Positions 20,694 through 30,043 of a stretch of 46,156 bases of DNA are shown piece by piece. The position numbers were made by a program, and so were the translations under genes. How positions within the stretch are numbered: position 1 is the first letter of the stretch; every line of letters begins with the position of its first letter. A model generated the notes under the pieces. It was not told the DNA's origin and ran no database searches. It saw only the letters and a program-made list of their open reading frames with translations. Source of the DNA: Patescibacteria group bacterium (lineage in GTDB: Bacteria; Patescibacteriota; Patescibacteriia; Patescibacteriales; XYC2-FULL-47-12); the NCBI GenBank assembly GCA_041652935.1, contig JBAZGH010000002.1, forward strand, positions 18,039 through 64,194, read 5' to 3'.

Positions 20694-22679
20694 ATGAAAA
20701 GTAATATTGCCCCAGAAGAGGCAGCGGAAATTTTAAAGAAGATGGTGCGTATTAGGCAGTTTGAAAATAAGGTGTCTGATTTTTTTAACCGCGGCTTAGC
20801 TCCGGGGACGACTCATCTTTATGCCGGCGAGGAAGCAGTGGCAGTTGGCGCCTGCGCGGCTGTTAACTCGAATGATGTTATATCCAGCACCCACCGTGGC
20901 CACGGCCATTGTATCGCCCGAGGCGGAGAAGTGGACAAAATGCTGGCAGAAATTTGCGGCAAGGCCGCCGGTTATTGCCGCGGTCGGGGCGGGTCAATCC
21001 ATATTGCTGACGTAACCGCCGGTAATCTAGGCGCTAACGGCGTGGTGGGCGGCGGTCTTGCCCTGGCTACGGGCGCGGCTTTATCTTTCAAAATCCAAAA
21101 ACTAAATAAAGTCGCAGTTTGTTTTTTTGGCGATGGCGCAGTTAATCAGGGAGTGTTCCATGAATCATTAAATATGGCTGCTACCTGGAAATTGCCGATA
21201 GTTTATGTTTGCGAAAATAATCTTTACGGCATGTCAGTAAAAATCAACCGTTCTTTTCCCAATCCCGACATATCCATCAGGGCTAAAGCTTATGATATTC
21301 CGGGAGAAAATGTTGACGGCATGAATGTGCTAGTTGTTAAAGAAGCAGTATCTCGGGCCGCCGCTAGAGCCAGGAGCGGCCAGGGCCCGAGCTTGTTAGT
21401 CTGCCAAACCTATCGTTATTTTCCCCATTCAGGAAATAATCCGCAGAAATACCAACTCAGAGAGGAAGAGGAGGAGTGGAAAAAGAAATGCCCTATCCAG
21501 CAATTCAGCCAGAAAATGATTAACCAAGATGTTTTGACTGAAAAAGAGGTGATAGTTATCCAGCAACAAGTAAAAAGAGAAATAGCAGAGGCGGAAGAAT
21601 TTGCTCTAAACAGCTCCTATCCCAAAAAAGAAGAATTAGCCACAGGCCTTTATCTTGAAGAAATGCCCGGGGTAGACATAAGAACAGCCGGCCCCAGAAA
21701 AGAGCTGACTTATCGGCAGGCGCTAAATGAAGCTTTAGAGGAAGAGATGGATAAAGATTCTAAGATTTTTATTATTGGTGAAGATATTGGACCTTACGGC
21801 GGTTGTTTTGGAGTGACCAAAGGTCTTTATGATAAATATGGGCCTAACAGGGTAAGAGAAACCGCTATTTCTGAAGCTGCTATTGTAGGAGCCAGCGTCG
21901 GCGCGGCTTTGACCGGCCTGCGGCCGATAGCGGAGATTATGTTTGTTGATTTTACCACTACGGCCATGGACCAAATAATAAATCAAATGGCCAAAATCCG
22001 CTATCTGTTTGGCAGTAAAAGCAAGGTGCCGATGGTTTTACGCACGGTAGCGGGCAGCGGCGCCGGCTATGGCCCGCAGCATTCGCAAAGTCTGGAAGTT
22101 TTATTTGCCCATATTCCCGGCTTGAAGGTAGTAATGCCTTCTACTTCTTATGATGCCAAAGGATTGTTAAAGTCAGCTATCCGCAGTGATAATCCGATTA
22201 TATTTTTAGAGCATAAAATGCTTTATGATACTAAAGGAAAAATTCCGACAGCAGAATATTTTTTGCCTATTGGCAAGGCGGCAGTGAGAAAGAGCGGGAG
22301 CGACGTCACAATTATCACTTACTCTTACATGGTAATGCTTGCTGTCGCGGCCGCTAAGCGGCTGGAACAGGAAGGAATATCAGCGGAGGTAATTGATTTA
22401 AGGACAATCAAACCCCTGGATATGGAGACAGTATGCGCCTCGGTTAAAAAAACCAAGCGGGCGTTAATTGTCCATGAGGACCATCAGAGTTTTGGCGTGG
22501 GCGCAGAGGTAGTTTCTCGAATTATAGAAAGCATAGTTGAGCCGATTAAGATAAAGAGATTGGGCGGGGTTGATGTGCCTGTTCCCATGAGCCCGGTTTT
22601 AGAAAAGGCGGCTGTGCCGCAAATAGAGGATATTATTAAGGCAGTAAAAGAAATGATTTATTCTGCGCCAAGATTCTAG
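20694..22679 (+). CDS. ThDP-dependent 2-oxoacid dehydrogenase E1 component, fused alpha/beta subunits (paralog B, PDH/acetoin-dehydrogenase-like)
   Basis: 661 aa with HLYAGEEAVAVG, GRGGSIHI, GDGAVNQG...CENNLYGMS and then IFIIGEDIG...ETAISEAAIVGASVGAALTGLRP. Confidence 0.85.
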   Translation: MKSNIAPEEAAEILKKMVRIRQFENKVSDFFNRGLAPGTTHLYAGEEAVAVGACAAVNSNDVISSTHRGHGHCIARGGEVDKMLAEICGKAAGYCRGRGGSIHIADVTAGNLGANGVVGGGLALATGAALSFKIQKLNKVAVCFFGDGAVNQGVFHESLNMAATWKLPIVYVCENNLYGMSVKINRSFPNPDISIRAKAYDIPGENVDGMNVLVVKEAVSRAAARARSGQGPSLLVCQTYRYFPHSGNNPQKYQLREEEEEWKKKCPIQQFSQKMINQDVLTEKEVIVIQQQVKREIAEAEEFALNSSYPKKEELATGLYLEEMPGVDIRTAGPRKELTYRQALNEALEEEMDKDSKIFIIGEDIGPYGGCFGVTKGLYDKYGPNRVRETAISEAAIVGASVGAALTGLRPIAEIMFVDFTTTAMDQIINQMAKIRYLFGSKSKVPMVLRTVAGSGAGYGPQHSQSLEVLFAHIPGLKVVMPSTSYDAKGLLKSAIRSDNPIIFLEHKMLYDTKGKIPTAEYFLPIGKAAVRKSGSDVTIITYSYMVMLAVAAAKRLEQEGISAEVIDLRTIKPLDMETVCASVKKTKRALIVHEDHQSFGVGAEVVSRIIESIVEPIKIKRLGGVDVPVPMSPVLEKAAVPQIEDIIKAVKEMIYSAPRF

Positions 22680-22814
22680 TGATTTTGGCGCAGGGTAATT
22701 TAAATATCAGTAAAATTTAAATTCAAAAAAGAGAGACTAAGCAATACATGGGAAGTTTGCAGAAGAACCAAAGCCTTTATTCAGTAGAATAACTAAAAAC
22801 TAAGTTATTTCTCG

Positions 22815-22845
22815 GGAGGATCCCGACGGGAATCCTCTTTTTTTA
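22815..22845 (+). terminator. Rho-independent terminator
   Basis: gagga-tcccgacgggaa-tcctc hairpin (with an inner ccc/ggg stem) followed by ttttttt. A TTGACA (22846-22851) with AT-rich -10 candidates follows directly. Confidence 0.65.
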
Positions 22846-22908
22846 TTGACATTAAGAAGTATTTTTTATATTATAATCACACATCCTAACTATTTGCAGA
22901 GTATTACC

Positions 22909-23916
22909 ATGCCTTCTTTAAATAAAAAAAACGTGTTAATTACTGGCGGAGCCGGCTATGTCGGCTCTGTTTTAGTTCCTGTTTTATTAAACAAGGGATA
23001 CCAAGTGACAGTGTTGGATACTTTTTGGTTTTGGGACTCGCCAGAGCAGTACCGACAGGCTTTGGCGGCGCCGACAGATAATTTAAGAATAATCAAAGGT
23101 GACATTAGAAATAAAGCTGATGCCAGCCAGGCGCTGGAGAATATTAACAGTGTTATCCATCTGGCCTGCCTATCCAACGACCCTAGCGCCGAGATAGACC
23201 CTGAATTTACCCAAGCAGTTAATTATAACGGCTCGGTCAATGTGATTGATGCCGCGAAAAAAAGCGGCGTGAGAAGATTTATTTATGCTTCCTCCAGTAG
23301 TGTTTACGGAGTGAAAAGCGAGCCTCGGGTTACTGAAGATTTGCCTCTGAAGCCACTAACCCAATATTCAAAGCTAAAGATAGAAATTGAAAATTATTTG
23401 TTGGATTCCCTTAGCGATAATTTTAAAGGGGTAGTTATCCGACCGGCTACCGTCTGCGGTTATTCGCCGCGGCAAAGGTTGGACGTGATAGTAAATATTT
23501 TTGTCAATCAAGCCGTCAACCATGGGAAAATCAAGGTATTCGGCGGAGAGCAGCTGCGGCCTAATATTCATATCAAAGATATGGTAAGATTATATGAGGA
23601 ATTATTAGAGTTGCCGGTTGATAAAATCAACCAAAAAATATACAATGCCGGCTATGAAAATAAAAAAGTAATGGAAATAGCTAGTTTAGTCAGAGAAGCA
23701 GTCGGCGGCGCAGAGTTAGAAATTACCCCGACTGATGATTTACGCTCTTATCATATTTGTTCGGAAAAAATAAATAGGGAGTTAGGATTTGCCCCCAAAC
23801 ACACTATTAAAGATGCAGCGCAGGAATTAAAAAAAGCTTTTATTGATAATAAAATTAAAAACGCCGTTGCTGATAAATATTATAATATGAGGTTAATGAA
23901 AAAGATCATAAATTAA
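22909..23916 (+). CDS. NAD-dependent sugar-nucleotide epimerase/dehydratase (extended SDR)
   Basis: VLITGGAGYVGS Rossmann motif, SSSSVYG and YSKLK (YxxxK). ATG 22909 is preferred over the track start 22846, which overlaps the promoter/terminator. Confidence 0.85.
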   Translation: MPSLNKKNVLITGGAGYVGSVLVPVLLNKGYQVTVLDTFWFWDSPEQYRQALAAPTDNLRIIKGDIRNKADASQALENINSVIHLACLSNDPSAEIDPEFTQAVNYNGSVNVIDAAKKSGVRRFIYASSSSVYGVKSEPRVTEDLPLKPLTQYSKLKIEIENYLLDSLSDNFKGVVIRPATVCGYSPRQRLDVIVNIFVNQAVNHGKIKVFGGEQLRPNIHIKDMVRLYEELLELPVDKINQKIYNAGYENKKVMEIASLVREAVGGAELEITPTDDLRSYHICSEKINRELGFAPKHTIKDAAQELKKAFIDNKIKNAVADKYYNMRLMKKIIN

Positions 23917-23920
23917 ATTC

Positions 23921-25048
23921 ATGGCTATGGACAACAAAAAAGATAAAAGATTGGCTGGCGATAATCGTTTTATGTTTAATAGCACTAAGTTGTTGTGGCA
24001 CATGGACAGGGTAATAGACCGTTTTGGCAACGGGCGGGACAAGCGGGGAGGAAAAAGAGTGGCGCCGATTCATATTGATGCCGGCATTTCCAAAACCTGT
24101 AATGCCAAGTGCATTTTTTGCTATGGCATCTGGCAGAAGCCGACCAAGGAAATAATGCCGCCGGAGGTTACGATTAATTTATTGCGGGATGCCGGCCGCC
24201 TGGGCGTGCGTTCCATGGCTCTGATCGGCGACGGCGAAGCGACAATGAATCCGGCCCTATATGATGCGGTTAAGGCCGGCAAGGCAGAGGGATTGGATAT
24301 TGGGGTGGCTACTAACGGCATTACTTTAAACAATGACAGCAAAATAAAAGCTTTGGTGGAAAATTGCAAATTTATCAGGTTTAATGTTTCTGCCATTGGC
24401 AAGGATTATGCCCAGGTAATGGGGGTTGATCAGTGGGAGCAGGTGAAAAAGAACGTTGCCAAAACAATAGCCATTAATGATAAAATAGGTCGTCCCTGCA
24501 CTATTGGCTTGCAGATGGTTACCGTTCCCCAAAGCAAGGATTCAATTATTCCCGAGGCCCAGTGGGCCGTTGACATTGGGGCTGATTATTTTGAAATTAA
24601 GCAGTGCAGTTTGGTTGACGACCCCAAGATGGTGGACTTCCCCCTGGATTGGTATTTGGAGGCGAAAGTAGAAGAAATTTTGGACAAAGCCCAATCGCTT
24701 TCCAATGAGCGGACAAATATTGTTCCCAAGTGGACCATGATGCAGTCTTTAGGCAAGCGGCCTTATGACCATTGTTTAGATGTTTCCTTATTGGCCCAGA
24801 TAAGCGGCGACAGTAAAATGTATCCCTGCGGTTATTTATATAATAATCCCAAATTTTGTTATGGCGACCTTAAAAAGCAGTCGCTGGAAGAGATAATTAA
24901 CAGCGAGCGCTATTGGAAGATTATAGAATATATGGAAAAGAAGTTTGATGTGCATAAAGACTGCAAGGGCTGCTGCCGGCACGACCGATGTAATGAATTT
25001 TTATACAACTATGTTTATAAAAAACCTAATCATATAAATTTTATTTAG
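23921..25048 (+). CDS. Radical SAM enzyme with a Cys-rich C-terminal (SPASM/Twitch-like) extension
   Basis: CNAKCIFC (CX3CX2C) cluster motif and a GDGEAT SAM-binding-like motif. C-terminal cysteines are CLD...PCGY...FCYG...CKGCCRHDRC. Confidence 0.85.
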   Translation: MAMDNKKDKRLAGDNRFMFNSTKLLWHMDRVIDRFGNGRDKRGGKRVAPIHIDAGISKTCNAKCIFCYGIWQKPTKEIMPPEVTINLLRDAGRLGVRSMALIGDGEATMNPALYDAVKAGKAEGLDIGVATNGITLNNDSKIKALVENCKFIRFNVSAIGKDYAQVMGVDQWEQVKKNVAKTIAINDKIGRPCTIGLQMVTVPQSKDSIIPEAQWAVDIGADYFEIKQCSLVDDPKMVDFPLDWYLEAKVEEILDKAQSLSNERTNIVPKWTMMQSLGKRPYDHCLDVSLLAQISGDSKMYPCGYLYNNPKFCYGDLKKQSLEEIINSERYWKIIEYMEKKFDVHKDCKGCCRHDRCNEFLYNYVYKKPNHINFI

Positions 25049-26962
25049 ATGCTGAAAAACAAACTAATAACCCGGATATTTATTGTTGCCTTTTGTATTT
25101 TTTTTGGCTGGGTTAACTATGCCCAGGCAGATATTTCTTTAACTATTTTTAATACAGAAGAGCATCCCATGGATAAATTAAGCCAGATGCAGGTTTTAGA
25201 AAAAATTATGCCGGAGGGGACAGAAATTGAATACTTATTAGATTATAAAGATTATAACAGACAAAAGATGTTACGGGAGACTGGAGCAAGATTTTTTCCT
25301 TTAATTGTTTACGGACAAGGGATAGAAAATGACAAAGATTTCACCAATCTTATTAAAAGCGGCTTGGCGGAAAAACAGGGCAGCCGTTATGTTGTCCCCG
25401 CCCAAGTCATAGAAGATATTTTTGGCGCCTGGTCCTATTTTTATCAGCGCCAGCCAATAGAGAACAGATTGGACTTATTTGTTGCCAGCGCAGACAGCCT
25501 CAGCGTGGGGGTGGAAAAAAGAATAATTAATTATCTGCTCCAAAATAAGGTAGATGATATTGATTTAAAAACTCATTATTTAGTTCAGTTTCCAGAAAAT
25601 GAATCTAAGGATAACAGTCAAATGCCGTCCGCTAGGTATGGCCAGCCGGAGCTGGAAGAAAACATCCGCCAGCTTTATATTCAGAAAAACTATCCAGACA
25701 TTTTTTATAATTATCTGCTTTCTGTCAACAAAGATAATTTTTTAGAACCGGAGGAAAGGATTGGAAAATTTGATATTGATTATAGCGGAGAACAAAAGGA
25801 AAAATTCAAAGAAGAGGCCTTAAAAATTCTGCGCCAAGACAGCCAATTGGCTGATGAGTTGGGTATAAAAGCGTCTCCGACAATTCTTTGGCAAAATCAG
25901 TATTTAATAAAGGGTTATCTGCCATTTTTAAATAAATTCCCGCCTTTCGACAAAGAAGAAAAAATTATTAAACTATCGGCGGATGCCATAAGCGGAGATA
26001 ATGCGCTAGAATTTTTTTATTCCCGCGTAGACAATGAATCCACGGAAATAAGAAACGGATTAATAGGCGGGCTTAAAATAGCTTATAGCAAAGAGTTGAA
26101 AATAAAAGAATATGACGTGGTCAGCAACCCGGATTCTTTGGAGAGGATAATAGAATTAGGCGAAGCCGCCGGACTATTGGCCGAGCCCAAAACCCCGGTC
26201 GTTTATTTTGCCAATAATTTAATTTTAGGCAGTAAGGCGATTGATGAGAATCTGGGCAATTTAGTTATTGCAGAATTAGGCGAGCCGGAAGCAGGGAAGA
26301 TTGTCAGGAGCATGGAATATCGAGCAGCCATTAAATGGATATCGGGAGATTTTTTAAAGGTTATAAAAAGCTGGAGCTGGTTGCTGCTGTTATTTTTATT
26401 TTGTTATCTCACATTTCTTAAAAAACCAGCTAAGAGAATTTTTTTGTTTAATTTGATATTTATCGTCGGAGTTTTATTGGGGCATGGTTTATTTTCCCTT
26501 ATTCCGGCTGGAATAGAGTGGCGCTTTATGGCTGTCGGCAGTAAATTGGCCGGCATATTTGCTTTCTTGCTATTTATTTTTTCATTCTGCTTAGGTGTTT
26601 TTTATCTTTATAGTTATTATATAGGCGAAGAGTCAGATTTAAAGCAAAATGCTTTTATCAACTTTTGTCGGAATTTATTAATAAAGGTGAAGCAAGTTAC
26701 TGATGAACAAATTTATATGCTGGCGGCAATAACTGGTTTTTTGAGCATTATTTTTGATTTGTCGCGACAAAGCTATTTAAGCAGCGTTTCTTTTTTGAAT
26801 ATAATATCAATATTATTAATTTTTGTTTTAGTTTTTTTCGGTATTATTTTTTGGGCCGTTAAGATTAAAAGCTTTTTTAACCAGCATCAAAATTTACAGC
26901 AATTTTTATTATCCTCTTTCTTTTTTGCCATGGCAGTTTTTGTCTGGAGTCTACTTATATGA
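25049..26962 (+). CDS. Membrane protein: signal peptide, large extracytoplasmic region with thioredoxin/DsbA-like segments lacking CXXC, and a C-terminal multi-TM domain
   Basis: N-terminal hydrophobic signal ending in ...YAQA. ELGIKASPTILWQNQYLIKGY resembles the DsbA 'G(V/I)xGTPTxxxNG' strand-turn. About 6 TM helices lie in the last 200 aa. The ATG directly abuts the previous stop. Confidence 0.35.
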   Translation: MLKNKLITRIFIVAFCIFFGWVNYAQADISLTIFNTEEHPMDKLSQMQVLEKIMPEGTEIEYLLDYKDYNRQKMLRETGARFFPLIVYGQGIENDKDFTNLIKSGLAEKQGSRYVVPAQVIEDIFGAWSYFYQRQPIENRLDLFVASADSLSVGVEKRIINYLLQNKVDDIDLKTHYLVQFPENESKDNSQMPSARYGQPELEENIRQLYIQKNYPDIFYNYLLSVNKDNFLEPEERIGKFDIDYSGEQKEKFKEEALKILRQDSQLADELGIKASPTILWQNQYLIKGYLPFLNKFPPFDKEEKIIKLSADAISGDNALEFFYSRVDNESTEIRNGLIGGLKIAYSKELKIKEYDVVSNPDSLERIIELGEAAGLLAEPKTPVVYFANNLILGSKAIDENLGNLVIAELGEPEAGKIVRSMEYRAAIKWISGDFLKVIKSWSWLLLLFLFCYLTFLKKPAKRIFLFNLIFIVGVLLGHGLFSLIPAGIEWRFMAVGSKLAGIFAFLLFIFSFCLGVFYLYSYYIGEESDLKQNAFINFCRNLLIKVKQVTDEQIYMLAAITGFLSIIFDLSRQSYLSSVSFLNIISILLIFVLVFFGIIFWAVKIKSFFNQHQNLQQFLLSSFFFAMAVFVWSLLI

Positions 26963-28503
26963 AATTTAATTTTAATATAAAATCTCTCTATTCAAAATTC
27001 AAACATTTATTGACTGTCAATAATATTTTTATTGCGCTAGCTTTGGCGGCAGTTATTTTTTTGATTGCTTGGACCGAGTTTAGCTATCCCTACATCCACG
27101 GGGCAGACCCCTACACCCACACCAGAATGGCTTATATAATCAGGGACCAGGGAATGCCGAAAGAACTGCACTGGGCCAGATATTCTACTTTGCGGGAAAA
27201 TTATTCAGACCGGGATTTTTTTCTCCATTATGCGATTATTCCTTTCACCTATCTCTCAAATAATTTTTATTTCACGGGGAAAATAGCGGTAGTTATTTTT
27301 AACGCTATAACCTTATTTGTTTTGGTTTGGGTAGCTGGAGTTTTTGTCAGAAAAAGATGGATTCCTTGGCTGATTTTAGGCTTATTTTTTTCCACTCCCT
27401 ATTTTGGTTCCATTCATCTGCTGCGGCCGCATATTTTTTCTCTTGCTTTCGGGCTTTGGGGACTGCGCGCCATAATTAAGCGCAATTTTTTTAGTATTTT
27501 TCTGGCGGCATTTTTCTTTTCCCTTTTTCATATCACCAGCGTGTTAATGTTGGTAATGGCTGTTTTTTATGAAATAATCAGAAAAATTAACGGAGCAAAA
27601 TTTTCTTTTAAACCCATAGTGGTTGTTTTTTCCGGTTTATTTCTAGCCTTGTTTTTCTACCCTAATTTTTATTCTAATTTTATGAATCTGTATGTTCAAA
27701 TATATAGTCAGATTCTTTATGCTGTTCTCGGAGCTGTTTCTCAATATGGAGGAATAAAATTTCCCATTGGCGGGGAAATGAATCCGACGAATACGCGCGC
27801 TTTTTTATTCGATTTCCCCTTTGTTATTATCGGCATAGCTCTGCTAATTTTAATTTTAACCTTACGCAATATTAAAATTTCTCCTAAAACTCAGTTTTTA
27901 TCCTGGTTCGCTTTGCTGTTTATTGTTTTGTCTTTTTTTAGTTATCGGTATGCTGTCCAGGCTTATCCATATATTATTCTGTTTGTTTTTGCCTTTATTT
28001 CTGAGTTAGATGAGCAGTTTAATGTTTGGAAAAAATTCAGGAAGCAAAAAATTCTCTGGCTGGCAATAATTCCGGTTTTAATAGTAGTTATATATTTAGG
28101 CAAAAATGTTGTTATCAATGTCCAACGGCAAATAGAGTCTGAAAAAGTGAATACCCAACATATTGAATCGGGGGAGTGGATGAGAGATAACCTGCAGCCA
28201 GGAGAGCTGGTTTATAATTCCTCGTGGTCAGACGGCACCCAGCTTTTCGGCATAAATCCAAATAATGACTATTTAGATTTGCTAAGTTCCGAATATATGT
28301 ATTTGTACGACCCGGACTTATACAAGCTCAGAATGGCCACCAACGACGGCCAGGGCAATGTTTATTATAATATAAAATATATCTTTAAAGCCAGATATAT
28401 TTATACCCACACCGGAACCGGCTTGGTTGGAGCGATACAAAATGATTCGCGCTTTAAGGTTCTGTACAGCAAAAACGGAGCAGTTGTTTTTGAAGTATTA
28501 TGA
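26959..28503 (+). CDS. Polytopic GT-C-fold-like membrane glycosyltransferase (ArnT/PMT/STT3-like)
   Basis: About 11-13 TM helices and a soluble C-terminal domain of about 130 aa. The first loop after TM1 carries the acidic motif HGADPYTHTRM, reminiscent of GT-C first-loop Asp motifs. The start overlaps the upstream stop by 4 nt. Confidence 0.45.
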   Translation: MKFNFNIKSLYSKFKHLLTVNNIFIALALAAVIFLIAWTEFSYPYIHGADPYTHTRMAYIIRDQGMPKELHWARYSTLRENYSDRDFFLHYAIIPFTYLSNNFYFTGKIAVVIFNAITLFVLVWVAGVFVRKRWIPWLILGLFFSTPYFGSIHLLRPHIFSLAFGLWGLRAIIKRNFFSIFLAAFFFSLFHITSVLMLVMAVFYEIIRKINGAKFSFKPIVVVFSGLFLALFFYPNFYSNFMNLYVQIYSQILYAVLGAVSQYGGIKFPIGGEMNPTNTRAFLFDFPFVIIGIALLILILTLRNIKISPKTQFLSWFALLFIVLSFFSYRYAVQAYPYIILFVFAFISELDEQFNVWKKFRKQKILWLAIIPVLIVVIYLGKNVVINVQRQIESEKVNTQHIESGEWMRDNLQPGELVYNSSWSDGTQLFGINPNNDYLDLLSSEYMYLYDPDLYKLRMATNDGQGNVYYNIKYIFKARYIYTHTGTGLVGAIQNDSRFKVLYSKNGAVVFEVL

Positions 28504-28560
28504 AGTTCGTGGTAAAATTAATGTAAATTTAATATACTACAAACATAAACAACGATTCCC

Positions 28561-30036
28561 ATGTTTTTAAAATTTCTGAATAACTATAAAGAAAGGGTCG
28601 GACAAATACTCAGTAAGCCGTTAGGGGGCATTATAGTCGGCGTATTTATGATTTTAACCATATTTACAGTTTTGGCTTTTACCGAACCGCTAGCCGCACC
28701 TTCAATCACTGAGCCGGAAACAGCCGCCTCTACCGGCAATATAGAAACATTACTAGGAACTAGCACCAGCGCCACCACAGGTGTTACCAGTGTTTTCGAT
28801 TATTTGCGGCAAATTTACACCAATATAGGCCAAACGCCCGCTTCTACGCCAGGCTTTGAAACGGATGCCGGCCGGATTAAGGATTTAGTCGGAGATTCCA
28901 GCCCCTCTACCGCCGACGGCAAGACAATTTTCCGCTATCTTAAAGCGATTAATGATAATTTAGATTTTCCTGACGCGGCTAATGTCAGGGATTCAGATAC
29001 AGTAAAAGGAGCAGCGGGGAGCATTGCAGATTGTGCATCCCCCGGCTCTCAGAGCTGTTATGCTACCGGCTCTTATTATGCCGGCACCGCTTGCGCCTCT
29101 GAAGGCTCTCAGAGCTGTTATGCTACCGGCTCTTATTATGCCGGCACAACTAAAACAATCAATAACGCCACGGTTTCCCAATCAGCCGGCTACTATGCAG
29201 CTTTTAACTTAACTACGGCTGAGTCTGATTTAACAGCCGGCAATATAGTTACGGGGATAAGCATCTTCGGCGTGGCTGGAACAGCCACTTGCCAGATAGA
29301 CGCTGACAGCGATAGCGCGAATTTATATTCCATATCTGTTTTTGATTGCAATGAGAGCAATGTTAATGTAAAAAATGCCACCGACGGCACTTGCGACGGA
29401 GATAGTGATAATTTTTTGGATTATACCGCCCGCGCGGCTAACTTGGGAAATTGGCTAGGCTATGATTTAGATGATGCTAGCGCTGATGCCACCGCCAATA
29501 AATCAGGCACAATGATTTATAACACAGACGTAAATCATGACGGTCTCTTCGGCGGCCGTAGCGGGATAGACAGCTTTTGCGTTACTTATAAGCCGGCCAG
29601 CCTAGCTTGCAACAATATCCATGCCTTTGCTTCCAATAACGCGACCGATCAAATAGTAAATATGCCCGCTGTTTATGGGTACCAGAGCAACCGGCCGTTG
29701 TATTGGGTTTCAAGGACCGGTTTATATTTAACTAAATTCGCTAATAATTGGGCAGATGCTTTGGATAATAGTATTATGGTAAACGCTCGAGATGCCGGAG
29801 CAGCTGGGTATCCTTACGACTACAATAATGGTTTTTGGACCGGTTCACTTTATGGCGGTGTTATATATAATTATGGTGGTTCGTTTGCTTGCAGCGGTTG
29901 GAGTACAAACAATGGCGCATATCCCAACTTCACCTATATTGGCACTGGTACCAACGTAGATGATCAATGGCTGATTGGACTTGGACTTACGGCGTGTAAT
30001 AGGGGAGTTAATGTATGGTGTGCCTGCAATCCTTAA
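28561..30036 (+). CDS. Secreted or membrane-anchored Ser/Thr/Gly-rich protein with a duplicated Cys-containing 20-aa unit and a Cys-rich C-terminal domain
   Basis: One N-terminal TM/signal anchor (GGIIVGVFMILTIFTVLAF), a T/S-rich linker, the tandem GSQSCYATGSYYAGT units, and a C-terminus ending ...CSGWS...ACNRGVNVWCAC. Confidence 0.5.
   Translation: MFLKFLNNYKERVGQILSKPLGGIIVGVFMILTIFTVLAFTEPLAAPSITEPETAASTGNIETLLGTSTSATTGVTSVFDYLRQIYTNIGQTPASTPGFETDAGRIKDLVGDSSPSTADGKTIFRYLKAINDNLDFPDAANVRDSDTVKGAAGSIADCASPGSQSCYATGSYYAGTACASEGSQSCYATGSYYAGTTKTINNATVSQSAGYYAAFNLTTAESDLTAGNIVTGISIFGVAGTATCQIDADSDSANLYSISVFDCNESNVNVKNATDGTCDGDSDNFLDYTARAANLGNWLGYDLDDASADATANKSGTMIYNTDVNHDGLFGGRSGIDSFCVTYKPASLACNNIHAFASNNATDQIVNMPAVYGYQSNRPLYWVSRTGLYLTKFANNWADALDNSIMVNARDAGAAGYPYDYNNGFWTGSLYGGVIYNYGGSFACSGWSTNNGAYPNFTYIGTGTNVDDQWLIGLGLTACNRGVNVWCACNP
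29044..29147 (+). repeat. In-frame tandem duplication, period 60 bp
   Basis: The 44-bp string ggctctcagagctgttatgctaccggctcttattatgccggcac is identical at 29044-29087 and 29104-29147. Confidence 0.95.
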
Positions 30037-30043
30037 AATATTT

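Noticed and set aside
22694-22812. A possible riboswitch or ncRNA upstream of the SDR gene.
   Set aside because: I could not recognise any known riboswitch consensus. The region lies upstream of the terminator and promoter, so it would be a 3' tail rather than a leader.
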